From Nitrospirae bacterium MYbin3 (GTDB lineage Bacteria > Nitrospirota > Thermodesulfovibrionia > Thermodesulfovibrionales > Dissulfurispiraceae), in assembly GCA_002753335.1 (NCBI GenBank), contig PEAD01000020.1, positions 1-57,501 on the forward strand: 57,501 bases of DNA. Direction: 5' to 3'. The notes beneath the pieces were generated by a model. The model did no database searches. It worked only from the letters and a program-made list of their open reading frames with translations, and was not told the DNA's origin. Position numbers and translations under genes: made by a program. Below, piece after piece: positions 9,803 through 19,759 of the stretch (positions are counted from its first letter, which is position 1; each line of letters starts with the position of its first letter).

Positions 9803-9903
9803 AACCGGAATTCATTATCATAACACAGAGATTCATTTTCCTTGTAAAGCTCACATGTTTGCGATAAAATAAATAACAGCACCTCACATTACCGGATATT
9901 TAC

Positions 9904-11136
9904 ATGGTCGATGAAAAAGACAAACTAAAAAGAATTATAAATATCGGCATCGAACTTGCCGGAGTTAAAGATATAGATGTTCTGCTCGAACGAATCCTAT
10001 CCGAAGCTCGTGAGTTTGCAAACGCAGACGCGGGCTCGATATACATAAAGTATGAGGACAGGCTCAAGTTCAAATACACGCAGAACGACACTCTGCAAAG
10101 CAAACTGCCAAAAGGCAAAAAGCTTATCTACTCAACCTTCACTGTTCCTATAAACAACGCGTCTATTTCGGGCCATGTAGCCCACACTGGAGAAATTACT
10201 AATCTCCCCGACGTCTATTCTTTGGGCAATGTATATCCATTTTCATTCAACCGCAGTTTTGACGAAATGACAGGATACAGGACCAAGTCGGTGCTGACGA
10301 TACCGCTCAAAACAAACAGGGGAGATATTACCGGAGTTCTTCAGCTGATAAACTGCACCGATGCATCCGGAAATGTAATCCCGTTCCCCAAAAATGAAGA
10401 GCCATTGATTGTACATTTTGCGAATTTGGCAGCAATGGCGATAGAGAGGGCACAGATGACGCGCTCTATGATCTTAAGAACAGCCAAGATGGCAGAACTC
10501 AGAGATCCAAAGGAAACCGGCGCCCATGTCAACAGGGTAGCCTCTTACTCTATAGAAATATACGAAAAATGGGCGATTAACAGGGGAATAAGCCAGCAGG
10601 AAATAGAACCCAAAAAAGATGTCCTGCGCATGGCTGCAATGCTGCATGATGTCGGCAAAGTTGGCATTACTGATGCCATACTAAAAAAACCGGCCCGCTT
10701 AACTCCCGAAGAGTACGAAATCATGAAGAAACACACCATTCTCGGAGCCCAAATGTTTGCGGACGTTTATTCAGAATTTGATGAATCATCAGCGATAGTG
10801 GCGCTGAATCACCATGAACGATGGGACGGCAACGGATATCCGGGACATGTAAACCCGTTTACAGGAGCTCCGCTATCCGGATACGAAAATGAATCTGGAA
10901 AGGCGCGGGGAAAGAAAGAGGAAGAAACCCATGTCTTCGGTAGGGTCGTGGCGGTTGCGGACGTTTATGACGCTCTGAGTTCAAAGCGTGTGTATAAAGA
11001 GAAGTGGGAAGAGTCTGAAGTCTTGGAGACATTGAGAAATGAACGAGGTAAGCAGTTCGACCCGGAAATGATAGATGCTTTTTTATCGGTCTTGGATGTG
11101 ATAAAAAGCATATCCGAACGCTATCCTGAACACTAA
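9904..11136 (+). CDS. GAF + HD-GYP cyclic di-nucleotide phosphodiesterase
   Basis: N-terminal GAF; LHDVGK, HHERWDGNGYP, VADVYDAL. Confidence 0.9.
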   Translation: MVDEKDKLKRIINIGIELAGVKDIDVLLERILSEAREFANADAGSIYIKYEDRLKFKYTQNDTLQSKLPKGKKLIYSTFTVPINNASISGHVAHTGEITNLPDVYSLGNVYPFSFNRSFDEMTGYRTKSVLTIPLKTNRGDITGVLQLINCTDASGNVIPFPKNEEPLIVHFANLAAMAIERAQMTRSMILRTAKMAELRDPKETGAHVNRVASYSIEIYEKWAINRGISQQEIEPKKDVLRMAAMLHDVGKVGITDAILKKPARLTPEEYEIMKKHTILGAQMFADVYSEFDESSAIVALNHHERWDGNGYPGHVNPFTGAPLSGYENESGKARGKKEEETHVFGRVVAVADVYDALSSKRVYKEKWEESEVLETLRNERGKQFDPEMIDAFLSVLDVIKSISERYPEH

Positions 11137-11138
11137 AA

Positions 11139-12893
11139 ATGGACACATCAATCTATCACTCGGACAATGAAAACCTGAACAAGCTTCTCGACGGCATCGT
11201 CGCCGAGATGAATGGTTATGCGAAAGCACAGGGAATCACCTCTTCTCTTTCTGACACTGCCGACAATCCACTCACCGATACCCTCAGTGCAATAATCGGA
11301 AAGGTCAAAGATTATGCCGACACTCAACTGTCCCATATCACCAAGCTTAATGAAATAGGCATCGCCCTTTCTTCTGAACAGAATCTGCAAAAACTCCACT
11401 AAAAAATAGTTGATGAAGCGCGGGACTTTTCGACCGCCGATGCAGGAACGCTGTACATACTTAACGAAGAACAGCAATGCCTCGAATTCGCGATTGTTCA
11501 GAACGACACAATGAAAACACGTATGGGTGGCACGGCGGGGCCGATAACATGGCCGCCCGTTCCGCTGTCAAAAGACGGCCAGCCGAACTTCTCGAATGTA
11601 TCATCTTACGTTGCTGTTACCGGCGAGATAGTAAATATCCCTGATGTTTACGAAGCTGAAGGCTTTGACTTCACAGGAACCAAAAAATTTGATGCAGGGA
11701 CAGGCTACCGCTCAAAGTCCATGCTGGTAATCCCGATGAGGAACAAAGAAAACGAAATTATCGGCGTGCTTCAGTTCATAAATGCTATTGATGCTAAAAC
11801 AAAAGAGAGCATCCCGTTTGTGCGTGAAAATGTAGGGCTTATCGCTTCGCTCGCCTCACAAGCCGCAGTAGCAATAACAAATGTAAGGCTTTACCGTGAA
11901 CTGGAACACCTGTTGGATTCATTCATAAAAGCTATCGCTATGGCTATAGACGAAAAATCTCCATACACCGCTGGACACATACGGAGAGTGCAGGAACTTA
12001 CGATGGTGATAGCAAAGAAAATGAGCGAACAAACAGAGGGAGTGTTCAAGGATTTCTCGCTGAATGAGGATGAGCTCAAAGAATTGAGCATAGCAGCATG
12101 GCTGCACGATATAGGCAAGGTCACAACCCCCGAACATGTAGTGGACAAATCAACCAAGCTCGAAAAGATATCAGACCGTGCAGAGCTTGTATCTATGCGC
12201 TACGAGGTCATCAAAAGGGATACTCTTATAGAATATTACAAGAAATTGGTTTCTGATGAATGCGTCATCAACGAAGATAAAACCGCAGAAATCAAGAAAG
12301 AGTTCGAAGAGCGATACAACGCCATCGAAGACGAAAGAAAGTTCATCATGGCATGCAATCAACCGGGCGAGTTCATGGACGATGCAAAAATAGAGAGACT
12401 GAAAAGTATAGCAGAAAGAAATTGGAATGACGGCGAAGAGCCTAAACCTTTCATAACAGAAAACGAATTATACAACCTGTCCATTCGCAAAGGAACGCTG
12501 ACGACAGAGGAAAGAACGATAATAGAAAACCATGCTCTTGTAACTTCAAAAATATTAAAGAGCCTGCCGTTTCCTAAAAAACTTATGAGGGTGCCTGAAT
12601 ACGCTGCTTTGCACCACGAAAAACTGGATGGAACAGGCTATCCCTTTGGTAAAAAAGCTGAAGAACTCACATACCAGTCCAGAATAATAGCTATAGCCGA
12701 CATCTTTGAAGCCCTCACAGCCAGCGACAGGCCTTACAAAAAACCGATGCCTATATCTCAGGCATTAAAAATACTGGGCTTTATGAAAAAAGACAAGCAC
12801 ATTGATGCGGACATCCTCGACTTCTTTATCAATGAGAAGATTTATAAAGAATACGCAGAAAAAGAGATTAAGCCTTCCCAGATAGACTGCTAA
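11139..12893 (+). pseudogene. GAF + HD-GYP phosphodiesterase interrupted by in-frame TAA at 11400-11402
   Basis: ORFs 11139-11402 and 11511-12893 share a frame; the gap reads KLH*KIVDEARDFSTADAGTLYI, matching LLERILSEAREFANADAGSIYI of the upstream paralog. Confidence 0.8.
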
Positions 12894-14576
12894 ATGGTCA
12901 GCTCAAAGTTAAGCGTCAAAGTCATACTTACGTGCTCCCTCATTCTCACTATATCGCTCAGCATATCCTTTATACACATACAATCGCATCAGCAGCAAAT
13001 AATAGCTGGCCAGATAGAGAATGAGGCAAGAGTCTTATTCAAACAGATAGTTATCACAAGGCAATGGATAGCTGACCATGGCGGCATCTATGTGGAAAAA
13101 CTGCCGTGGACAAAACCGTCGCAATACCTTAAAAATCCCGAAATTGAGGATATAGGCGGAAAGCTGTACATAAAGAAAACACCTGCAATGGTTACAAAAG
13201 ATTTGGCCCAGTACACAAAAGACAGAGAGCTTTTCTGGTTTCATATCACAAGCCTTAAACTGATCAATCCTGAAAACGCGCCTGATGCTTTTGAAAAGGA
13301 TGCGCTTATACGTTTTGAAAAAGAAAACCTGAAAGAGATTAATACAGTAGAGATTATTGACGGAGCGAGCTACTTCCGATACATCGCCCCTCTTTATATT
13401 AAAGAGTCCTGCTTGCAGTGTCATGGCACTCAAGGGTATAAAGTGGGAGACGTAAGAGGAGCCATCAGCATAACGCTGCCTATGAGCAAAACCGTGGCGA
13501 TGATAAATGAGAATAAAAATTATATGTTTTTTGCAGGCATAATCACGGTCTTGGCCACTATGACCGCACTTTATTTCATGCTGAAGAAAGTTGTCCTCTC
13601 CCCTCTGAGCAATCTCAAAGAATCTATCAGCGAGTTTTCGAAAGGCCGTTACTCTGTCAACAATAATCTTAGAACAGGAGACGAGTTTGAGGATATATGC
13701 CGTGCGTTTGAGGATATGACCTCAAAGATCAACGAATACCATCACACACTCAATGAAAAGATAAACTCCGCCACCTATGACCTGACCGAAATGAACAAGA
13801 AGCTCAACAACGCAAACATGCTGCTTCAGGAGGCCAACGATAAAAAATCGGATTTTATTGCACGGGCCTCGCATGAGCTCAGAACTCCTCTGACTTCAAT
13901 AAAAGGGGCCATGGACTATATCTCGGCAAAACTCACAATATTTATCGATGAGAGCCCTGACCAGAAATCTATCGAAGACCTCCGCGTATTTTTTGATGTT
14001 ATCAAGAAAAATGCCGAGAGGCTGATACGAATGGTAAATGGCATGCTCGATCTTGAAAGAATAGAGCTCGATGCCTACGACTGGAAATTCGTCCCTGTGA
14101 ACCTCTCTCATCTTATAGCAGAAACACTAACCTACCTGCAGATAAATGCGGACGAAAAAGGCATCTTCTTCAGCGCCATAATACCCGAGCGTCTTCCTGC
14201 CTTGGTAGATGAGGACAGGATAAAGCAGGTGCTTATAAACCTGATATCAAACGCCATAAAGTTCAGCCCAGAGGGGTCAGAGATAATGCTGAAAGCCTAT
14301 ACCGAACACGGTTATATCGTTACAGAAGTCTGTGATGAAGGGGCAGGGATAAAACCTTCTTCAAAGGAACAGATATTCGAGAAGTTCTATAAAGAGGGCA
14401 ACAAAGAAGGCGCAGGGCTAGGACTTTCGATATGCAAAAGCATAATCGAGGCACACAAGGGTATAATAGATGTCAAAACTAACACCGAAAAAATAAGCGG
14501 CAGCTGTTTTTATTTCAAGATTCCTGAACAGGACCAAGACAGCCTTGAATCATCTGCCGCCGAGGAGGGAATGTGA
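12894..14576 (+). CDS. Sensor histidine kinase with periplasmic c-type heme (DUF3365-like) domain and HAMP
   Basis: Two TM helices, CLQCH, SHELRTPL, NLISNAIKF, GAGLGL. Confidence 0.9.
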   Translation: MVSSKLSVKVILTCSLILTISLSISFIHIQSHQQQIIAGQIENEARVLFKQIVITRQWIADHGGIYVEKLPWTKPSQYLKNPEIEDIGGKLYIKKTPAMVTKDLAQYTKDRELFWFHITSLKLINPENAPDAFEKDALIRFEKENLKEINTVEIIDGASYFRYIAPLYIKESCLQCHGTQGYKVGDVRGAISITLPMSKTVAMINENKNYMFFAGIITVLATMTALYFMLKKVVLSPLSNLKESISEFSKGRYSVNNNLRTGDEFEDICRAFEDMTSKINEYHHTLNEKINSATYDLTEMNKKLNNANMLLQEANDKKSDFIARASHELRTPLTSIKGAMDYISAKLTIFIDESPDQKSIEDLRVFFDVIKKNAERLIRMVNGMLDLERIELDAYDWKFVPVNLSHLIAETLTYLQINADEKGIFFSAIIPERLPALVDEDRIKQVLINLISNAIKFSPEGSEIMLKAYTEHGYIVTEVCDEGAGIKPSSKEQIFEKFYKEGNKEGAGLGLSICKSIIEAHKGIIDVKTNTEKISGSCFYFKIPEQDQDSLESSAAEEGM

Positions 14577-15262
14577 ACCCAGCCCAGAATGTACTGGTCA
14601 TTGATGACGACACCGACATACTCACAGTTCTAAAGGCCAATCTCGAAATGCATAGCTATTCCGTAGCTACTGCAAGCTCGTGGAAGGAAGGCAAAAAAGC
14701 CCTGAGCAGCCAAAAGCCCGACCTCATCATACTCGACGTAATGCTGCCTGATGGAAACGGTGTAGAAATCTGCAGGGTAATAAGAGAAAAACATCCCTCC
14801 ATCCCTATAATTATGCTTACAGCAAAAGACAAGATTTCGGACAAGGTGATGGGGCTTGAAAGCGGTGCGGACGACTATATGGTCAAGCCTTTTGAAACGC
14901 TTGAGCTGATAGCCAGAATCAAAGCCTGCCTTAGGCGCACCCAGTCGAACGAAAATATCGAACAAATAACCATCAGAGACTTAAGCATAGACCTTAAAAA
15001 AAGAACATTAAAGATTAAAAACAAAGAAGTAATACTTACGCCTAAAGAATATGCACTTCTTTGTTACCTCGTGAACAACAGGGGCAGCGTAATAACGCGA
15101 GAAGCTATACGTGCAGAACTATGGAAAGACTCCAGCCTTTATTCATGGAGCAGGGTCATCGATGTGCATATACAGCACTTGAGGCAAAAGATAGAAAGCA
15201 ACCCCGCAGAGCCAGAATTCATACTCACCATATCAGGAATAGGCTACCGTTTTATAGAATAG
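14573..15262 (+). CDS. OmpR-family response regulator
   Basis: Receiver (DD, D, K) plus winged helix VIDVHIQHLRQKIE. Confidence 0.9.
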   Translation: MNPAQNVLVIDDDTDILTVLKANLEMHSYSVATASSWKEGKKALSSQKPDLIILDVMLPDGNGVEICRVIREKHPSIPIIMLTAKDKISDKVMGLESGADDYMVKPFETLELIARIKACLRRTQSNENIEQITIRDLSIDLKKRTLKIKNKEVILTPKEYALLCYLVNNRGSVITREAIRAELWKDSSLYSWSRVIDVHIQHLRQKIESNPAEPEFILTISGIGYRFIE

Positions 15263-15268
15263 AAAAAT

Positions 15269-15934
15269 CTACTTCTCTTCAGGCTTGGCCATGTGCCTGA
15301 TAATCTTCCCTTCCACAAGATAGATCACCATTTCGGCTATATTTGTAGCATGGTCGCCGATACGCTCGATATACTGGGCGATAAAACTTATCTTCATAGC
15401 CCTTGAAACAGTAGCAGGGTCACGCACCATATAAGATATCAGCTCTTCAAGTATTCCGAATTTCAGGTCGTCAACCTCATCGTCCCTTGAAATCACGTTG
15501 TTTGCAAGCCTCTTGTCACCATTAACAAGGGCGTCAAGCGCATCCCTTGTCATTCTCTGCACAATCTCCTTCATTCGAGGGATATCTATGTAAGGCTTTA
15601 ATATAGGCTCATCATTAAGCTCCAGCGCCCGCTCTGCAATATTCACAGCCTGATCCGCCATCCTCTCAAGGTCGGTCGTTATCTTCATTGCGGTGGTTAT
15701 GAACCTTAGGTCGGTAGCCTTTGGCTGTCTAAGCGCTATGAGTCTTATAGCGTCCTCATCCACCTCCACATCGAGAGCATTTATTACATGGTCGCGCTCG
15801 ATAACTTTCTTGGCTAGTTTACTATCCCTTTCGGTAAGGGCCGAAACAGAATCCCTTATCGCCTCTTCCACAAGCCCGCCCATTTTCAGTATCTTTTCTT
15901 TAAGCTGTTTCAGCTCTTCATCAAATACGGCCAT
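15269..15934 (-). CDS. phoU: Phosphate signalling protein PhoU
   Basis: QPKATDLR, DLERMADQA, ERIGDHATNIAE. Confidence 0.95.
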   Translation of the reverse strand: MAVFDEELKQLKEKILKMGGLVEEAIRDSVSALTERDSKLAKKVIERDHVINALDVEVDEDAIRLIALRQPKATDLRFITTAMKITTDLERMADQAVNIAERALELNDEPILKPYIDIPRMKEIVQRMTRDALDALVNGDKRLANNVISRDDEVDDLKFGILEELISYMVRDPATVSRAMKISFIAQYIERIGDHATNIAEMVIYLVEGKIIRHMAKPEEK

Positions 15935-16698
15935 TATCCAAACCTCCCCGTAATATAATCTTCCGTAAGTTTTTCGGTGGGTGCAGTAAAAATCTTTTCG
16001 GTCTTGTCAAACTCTATCAACTCACCCAGCATCATGAAGCCGGTCCAGTCGGATATTCGGGCAGCCTGCTGCATATTGTGTGTGACTATAATAATCGTAA
16101 CATTTTTTTTCAGCTCGACGATAAGCTCCTCAATCTTACCGGTGGAAATAGGATCGAGCGCTGAAGTGGGTTCGTCAAACAGTATTATCTCCGGCTCTAC
16201 CGCAAGAGCCCGTGCTATGCACAGCCTCTGCTGCTGTCCGCCCGAAAGCTCATAGGCGCTGACATTTAGCTTGCCGAACACCTCGTCCCATATCGCGGCA
16301 TTCCTGAGCGCCTTTTCAACTCTTTCAGAAAGCTCTCCCCTGCTCTTTATACCCTTCAGCCTGAGTCCGTAAGCTATATTGTCAAATACGCTCATCGGAA
16401 ACGGTGTGGGCTTCTGAAATACCATGCCTATTCTGCTCCTCAGGCTTATAATATCCACGTCCTTGCTGAGGATATTCCTGCCCTCAAATATTACCTCCCC
16501 TTCATACCTGTTCTTAGGATAAAGGTCATGCATCCGGTTGTAGCATCTAAGCAGAGTGGTCTTGCCGCAGCCCGAAGGCCCGATTAAGGCCGTAACCTTT
16601 TTTTTGTAAGCGGCGATGTTCACGTCTTTTATAGCATGCACATTGCCGCTGTAATAAAAGTTGAGGCCCTTCGCCTCTATATCAACAATTTCAGCCAC
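15934..16698 (-). CDS. pstB: Phosphate ABC transporter ATPase
   Basis: [32 protein letters not shown]. Confidence 0.95.
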   Translation of the reverse strand: MAEIVDIEAKGLNFYYSGNVHAIKDVNIAAYKKKVTALIGPSGCGKTTLLRCYNRMHDLYPKNRYEGEVIFEGRNILSKDVDIISLRSRIGMVFQKPTPFPMSVFDNIAYGLRLKGIKSRGELSERVEKALRNAAIWDEVFGKLNVSAYELSGGQQQRLCIARALAVEPEIILFDEPTSALDPISTGKIEELIVELKKNVTIIIVTHNMQQAARISDWTGFMMLGELIEFDKTEKIFTAPTEKLTEDYITGRFG

Positions 16699-17537
16699 TA
16701 TTTAAGCCTCCAACTGATTAAAATTCTTCCGACTATTGTAATCAAAAGCACAGTTGCGGTTATCACAAAAGAGGCGGCCCACGCCTGTGCATGCCAGTCG
16801 TCATAAGGCCCCATAGCATACTGGAAAATAGTAGCGGTAAGTGATGATATAGGTCCGTTCATGTTTAAAGAGAAATAAGCGTTATTGAAAGATGTGAACA
16901 GCAGTGGAGCCGTCTCTCCTGCCACACGCGCAACAGCCAAAAGTATGCCGGTGAATATTCCGGTTGCAGCCGCCCTGTAAACCACCTGTATTATCACCTT
17001 GTAGTAAGGCGCGCCGAGCGCAAAAGCGGCCTCGCGGAGCGTCCACGGCACAAGCGAAAGCATATCCTCCGTAGTCCTCAATACAACCGGGATCATTATT
17101 ACCGCAAGGGCTGTAGCCCCTGCCCAACCGCTGAAATGGCCCAATGGTTTAACTAGCACAGCATATATAAATGTTCCGATAACAATAGAAGGAACACTCA
17201 CCATAATATCAGAGAGTATGCTTACAACCGCAGCAACTCTCGTGCCTCTTGCATATTCGGCCAAGAAAGTGCCTCCAAGAACTCCAAAAGGAACTCCAAT
17301 GAGCGTAGCAAATAATGTAATAAGCATCTGTCCTGCAAAGGCGTTTCTCAACCCTCCGCCCTCCACTCCCGGTGGCACAGGATCGCTTATAAACAGGCTT
17401 AGCTTTAATGCGCCTATCCCGTGGATCAAAACATCTCCTAATATAAATACGAGCCAGGAGATACCGGAAAAAGCGGCTAAACTGCTCAAAAAAAGCGCGA
17501 TAATATTCTCAGCCTTTCTTCTTCTCTCAATATTCAT
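16698..17537 (-). CDS. pstA: Phosphate ABC transporter permease
   Basis: [23 protein letters not shown]. Confidence 0.93.
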   Translation of the reverse strand: MNIERRRKAENIIALFLSSLAAFSGISWLVFILGDVLIHGIGALKLSLFISDPVPPGVEGGGLRNAFAGQMLITLFATLIGVPFGVLGGTFLAEYARGTRVAAVVSILSDIMVSVPSIVIGTFIYAVLVKPLGHFSGWAGATALAVIMIPVVLRTTEDMLSLVPWTLREAAFALGAPYYKVIIQVVYRAAATGIFTGILLAVARVAGETAPLLFTSFNNAYFSLNMNGPISSLTATIFQYAMGPYDDWHAQAWAASFVITATVLLITIVGRILISWRLK

Positions 17538-18469
17538 CTATTGATTTTCCTTTCAGCCTTAAAGAGAAGAAACTTGGCGGCCGCAAGCACTATAAAGCTC
17601 ATCATAAAAAGCACGAGGGCAAGGTGAAAGAGCGAAGACAGATAAATATCCTTGTCCGCCTCGGTGAACTCATTGGCGAGTGTTACCGTTATGGTTGCTG
17701 CAGCGCTGAAAAGAGAGGATGTTATCTGATGATTGTTTCCCAGAACAAAAGCCACCGCCATAGTCTCACCAAGGGCTCTGCCAAGCGAGAGCACGATACC
17801 GCCGAAAACACCCATCTTCGAATAAGGCAGGACAACGTCCCTAACCACTTCCCATTGTGTGGCGCCAACAGCATAAGCCGATTCCTTAACCACAGCAGGG
17901 GTAAGGTTAAACGCGTCCCTCGAAATGCTGGCGGTAAAAGGGATTATCATAATACTCAAAATAACGCTTGCAGTAAGAAGATCTATGCCCATAGGCGTTC
18001 CTTGAAAAAGCATACCTATCAGAGGCACGAGGCCTAAGCTCTTCTGCAAAGCCGGTTCTATATATTTCGTCATAATAGGCGCCACAGTGAAAAGCCCCCA
18101 CATACCGTAAATTATGCTCGGAATCGCGGCAAGAAGTTCTATCGCAGCGCCAATAGGTCCTTTCAAGAAATCCGTAGCTATCTCCGTAACAAATACCGCA
18201 ATGCCAATAGCAATAGGTATTGCGATTATAAGGGCTATCGCAGTAGTAACCATAGTGCCGTATATGGAAGCTGCCGCTCCGAACAACTCGGTAACCGGAT
18301 TCCATTCATTTGTAACTATAAACTTTATAAAGCCGAATTTCCCTATTGAAAGGGAGGATTCTTTTAGGAGAATAGCGAAGATACCGATGACAAGCAGGAT
18401 CACCATAAACGACGCGCCGGCGGTGATAACCGAAAATAAAAGATCTATAGGATTTTTTTTCTGTATCAC
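17534..18469 (-). CDS. pstC: Phosphate ABC transporter permease
   Basis: ELLAAIPSIIYGMWG, RALGETMAV; start moved to GTG 18469 because ATG 18529 lies inside a hairpin. Confidence 0.9.
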   Translation of the reverse strand: MIQKKNPIDLLFSVITAGASFMVILLVIGIFAILLKESSLSIGKFGFIKFIVTNEWNPVTELFGAAASIYGTMVTTAIALIIAIPIAIGIAVFVTEIATDFLKGPIGAAIELLAAIPSIIYGMWGLFTVAPIMTKYIEPALQKSLGLVPLIGMLFQGTPMGIDLLTASVILSIMIIPFTASISRDAFNLTPAVVKESAYAVGATQWEVVRDVVLPYSKMGVFGGIVLSLGRALGETMAVAFVLGNNHQITSSLFSAAATITVTLANEFTEADKDIYLSSLFHLALVLFMMSFIVLAAAKFLLFKAERKINR

Positions 18470-18503
18470 AAGTGTCTCATAACGTTCCGCAATCAAAAAT
18501 ATC

Positions 18504-18531
18504 GAATGGCAGGGGCATGCCCCTGCCATTC
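18504..18531. other. Perfect 28-bp palindrome between pstS and pstC (mRNA stem-loop)
   Basis: GAATGGCAGGGGCA/TGCCCCTGCCATTC. Confidence 0.75.
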
Positions 18532-18548
18532 ATAATAACAGACCTGCG

Positions 18549-19562
18549 TCACTGTATTCCGTTAGCCTTCCAATAAGCCCGTACTTTATCTTTAAGGGAC
18601 TTGGGCAGCGGAACATATACCAGTTCTTTGGCCTTGGCGTCCCCGTTTTTAAAAACCCACTCGAAAAACCTTACAGTTTTGACATTCGAATCTTTCTTTT
18701 CCTTGGCAAGCAGAATAAATGTGGCCCCTGCTATAGGCCAAGATGTTTTACCGGGTGTGTTATTAAGCCAAGCGTAGAAGTCCTTCTTTGAATCAAAGTC
18801 GCCAGATTCTGCAGCATCCCCAAAAGAATCAAAGTTAGGCTGTACAAAATTTCCTGCCTTGTTCTTAAGCTGTGTATAGGTCAATTTGTTCTGCTTCGCA
18901 TAAGCAAATTCAACATACCCGATAGAATTCGGGCTCTTCTTCACATAGTTGGCGACGCCCTCGTTCCCCTTCCCCCCTATGCCTGCAGGCCATTTGACCG
19001 ACTTGCCCTCACCTACTTTGTTTTTAAAAGAAGTACAAACTCCGGCAAGGTAATTCGTGAATATAGCTGTCGTACCCGAACCATCGGACCTTTGCACCAC
19101 CGTTATGCCTGCATCCGGCAGCTTTAACTTAGGGTTTAAAGAGATAAGCTTAGCATCATTCCATTTTTTTATTTCACCGAGGTAGATGCCGCACAATGTT
19201 TCTGCGTCAAGCTTCAACTCACCGTCTTTAATACCGCTAATATTCACCACAGGGACTACGCCGCCTATGACCGCAGGAAACTGAAACAGATTGTCTTTCT
19301 TAAGAGCCTCAGGCTTTACCGGATCATCTGATGCCCCGAAATCTACGGTCCTGCCTACAATCTGACGCTGTCCGCCTCCTGAACCTATGGATTGATAGTT
19401 GAATTTTATGCCAGTAGCCTTGTGGTAATCATAAGCCCATGAGGAATATACAGGGTACGGAAAAGAAGCGCCTGCTCCGTTAATCATATCAGCCGCTCCA
19501 GCAGAGGAATATGTCAGTGTTAACAAAAACACCATCAAAAAAATACTTAAAACATTCTTCAT
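18549..19562 (-). CDS. pstS: Phosphate-binding protein
   Basis: Signal peptide, GAGASFP, YQSIGSGGG, RSDGSGTT, GKGNEGV. Confidence 0.95.
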   Translation of the reverse strand: MKNVLSIFLMVFLLTLTYSSAGAADMINGAGASFPYPVYSSWAYDYHKATGIKFNYQSIGSGGGQRQIVGRTVDFGASDDPVKPEALKKDNLFQFPAVIGGVVPVVNISGIKDGELKLDAETLCGIYLGEIKKWNDAKLISLNPKLKLPDAGITVVQRSDGSGTTAIFTNYLAGVCTSFKNKVGEGKSVKWPAGIGGKGNEGVANYVKKSPNSIGYVEFAYAKQNKLTYTQLKNKAGNFVQPNFDSFGDAAESGDFDSKKDFYAWLNNTPGKTSWPIAGATFILLAKEKKDSNVKTVRFFEWVFKNGDAKAKELVYVPLPKSLKDKVRAYWKANGIQ

Positions 19563-19593
19563 CTTGTTTTCTCCTCTTAAATCTTATTTTTTT

Positions 19594-19628
19594 ATTATAG
19601 AACCTTGATTGTTACAGGAATATTACAG
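19594..19628 (-). promoter_or_regulatory. Pho box and -10 element of the pstS promoter
   Basis: Minus strand CTGTAAT-attc-CTGTAAC (11-bp period), then 11 nt, then TATAAT; a related copy at 19728-19748. Confidence 0.7.
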
Positions 19629-19759
19629 TTCCGCTAATTTCAGATTACTTTTTTTCATCTTATTAGATTGTACAACCATAAAGGTTTTCCGTAAAGCAAA
19701 GATTGCAAGTCTTAGAACAACTAAAATATTGTTACAGCAGTATTAGAAGAAGATTGAAT

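Noticed and set aside
11400..11402. Stop-codon recoding in the HD-GYP gene
   Set aside because: The codon is TAA at a position aligning with Glu, not a Cys site, so mutation or sequencing error is more likely.
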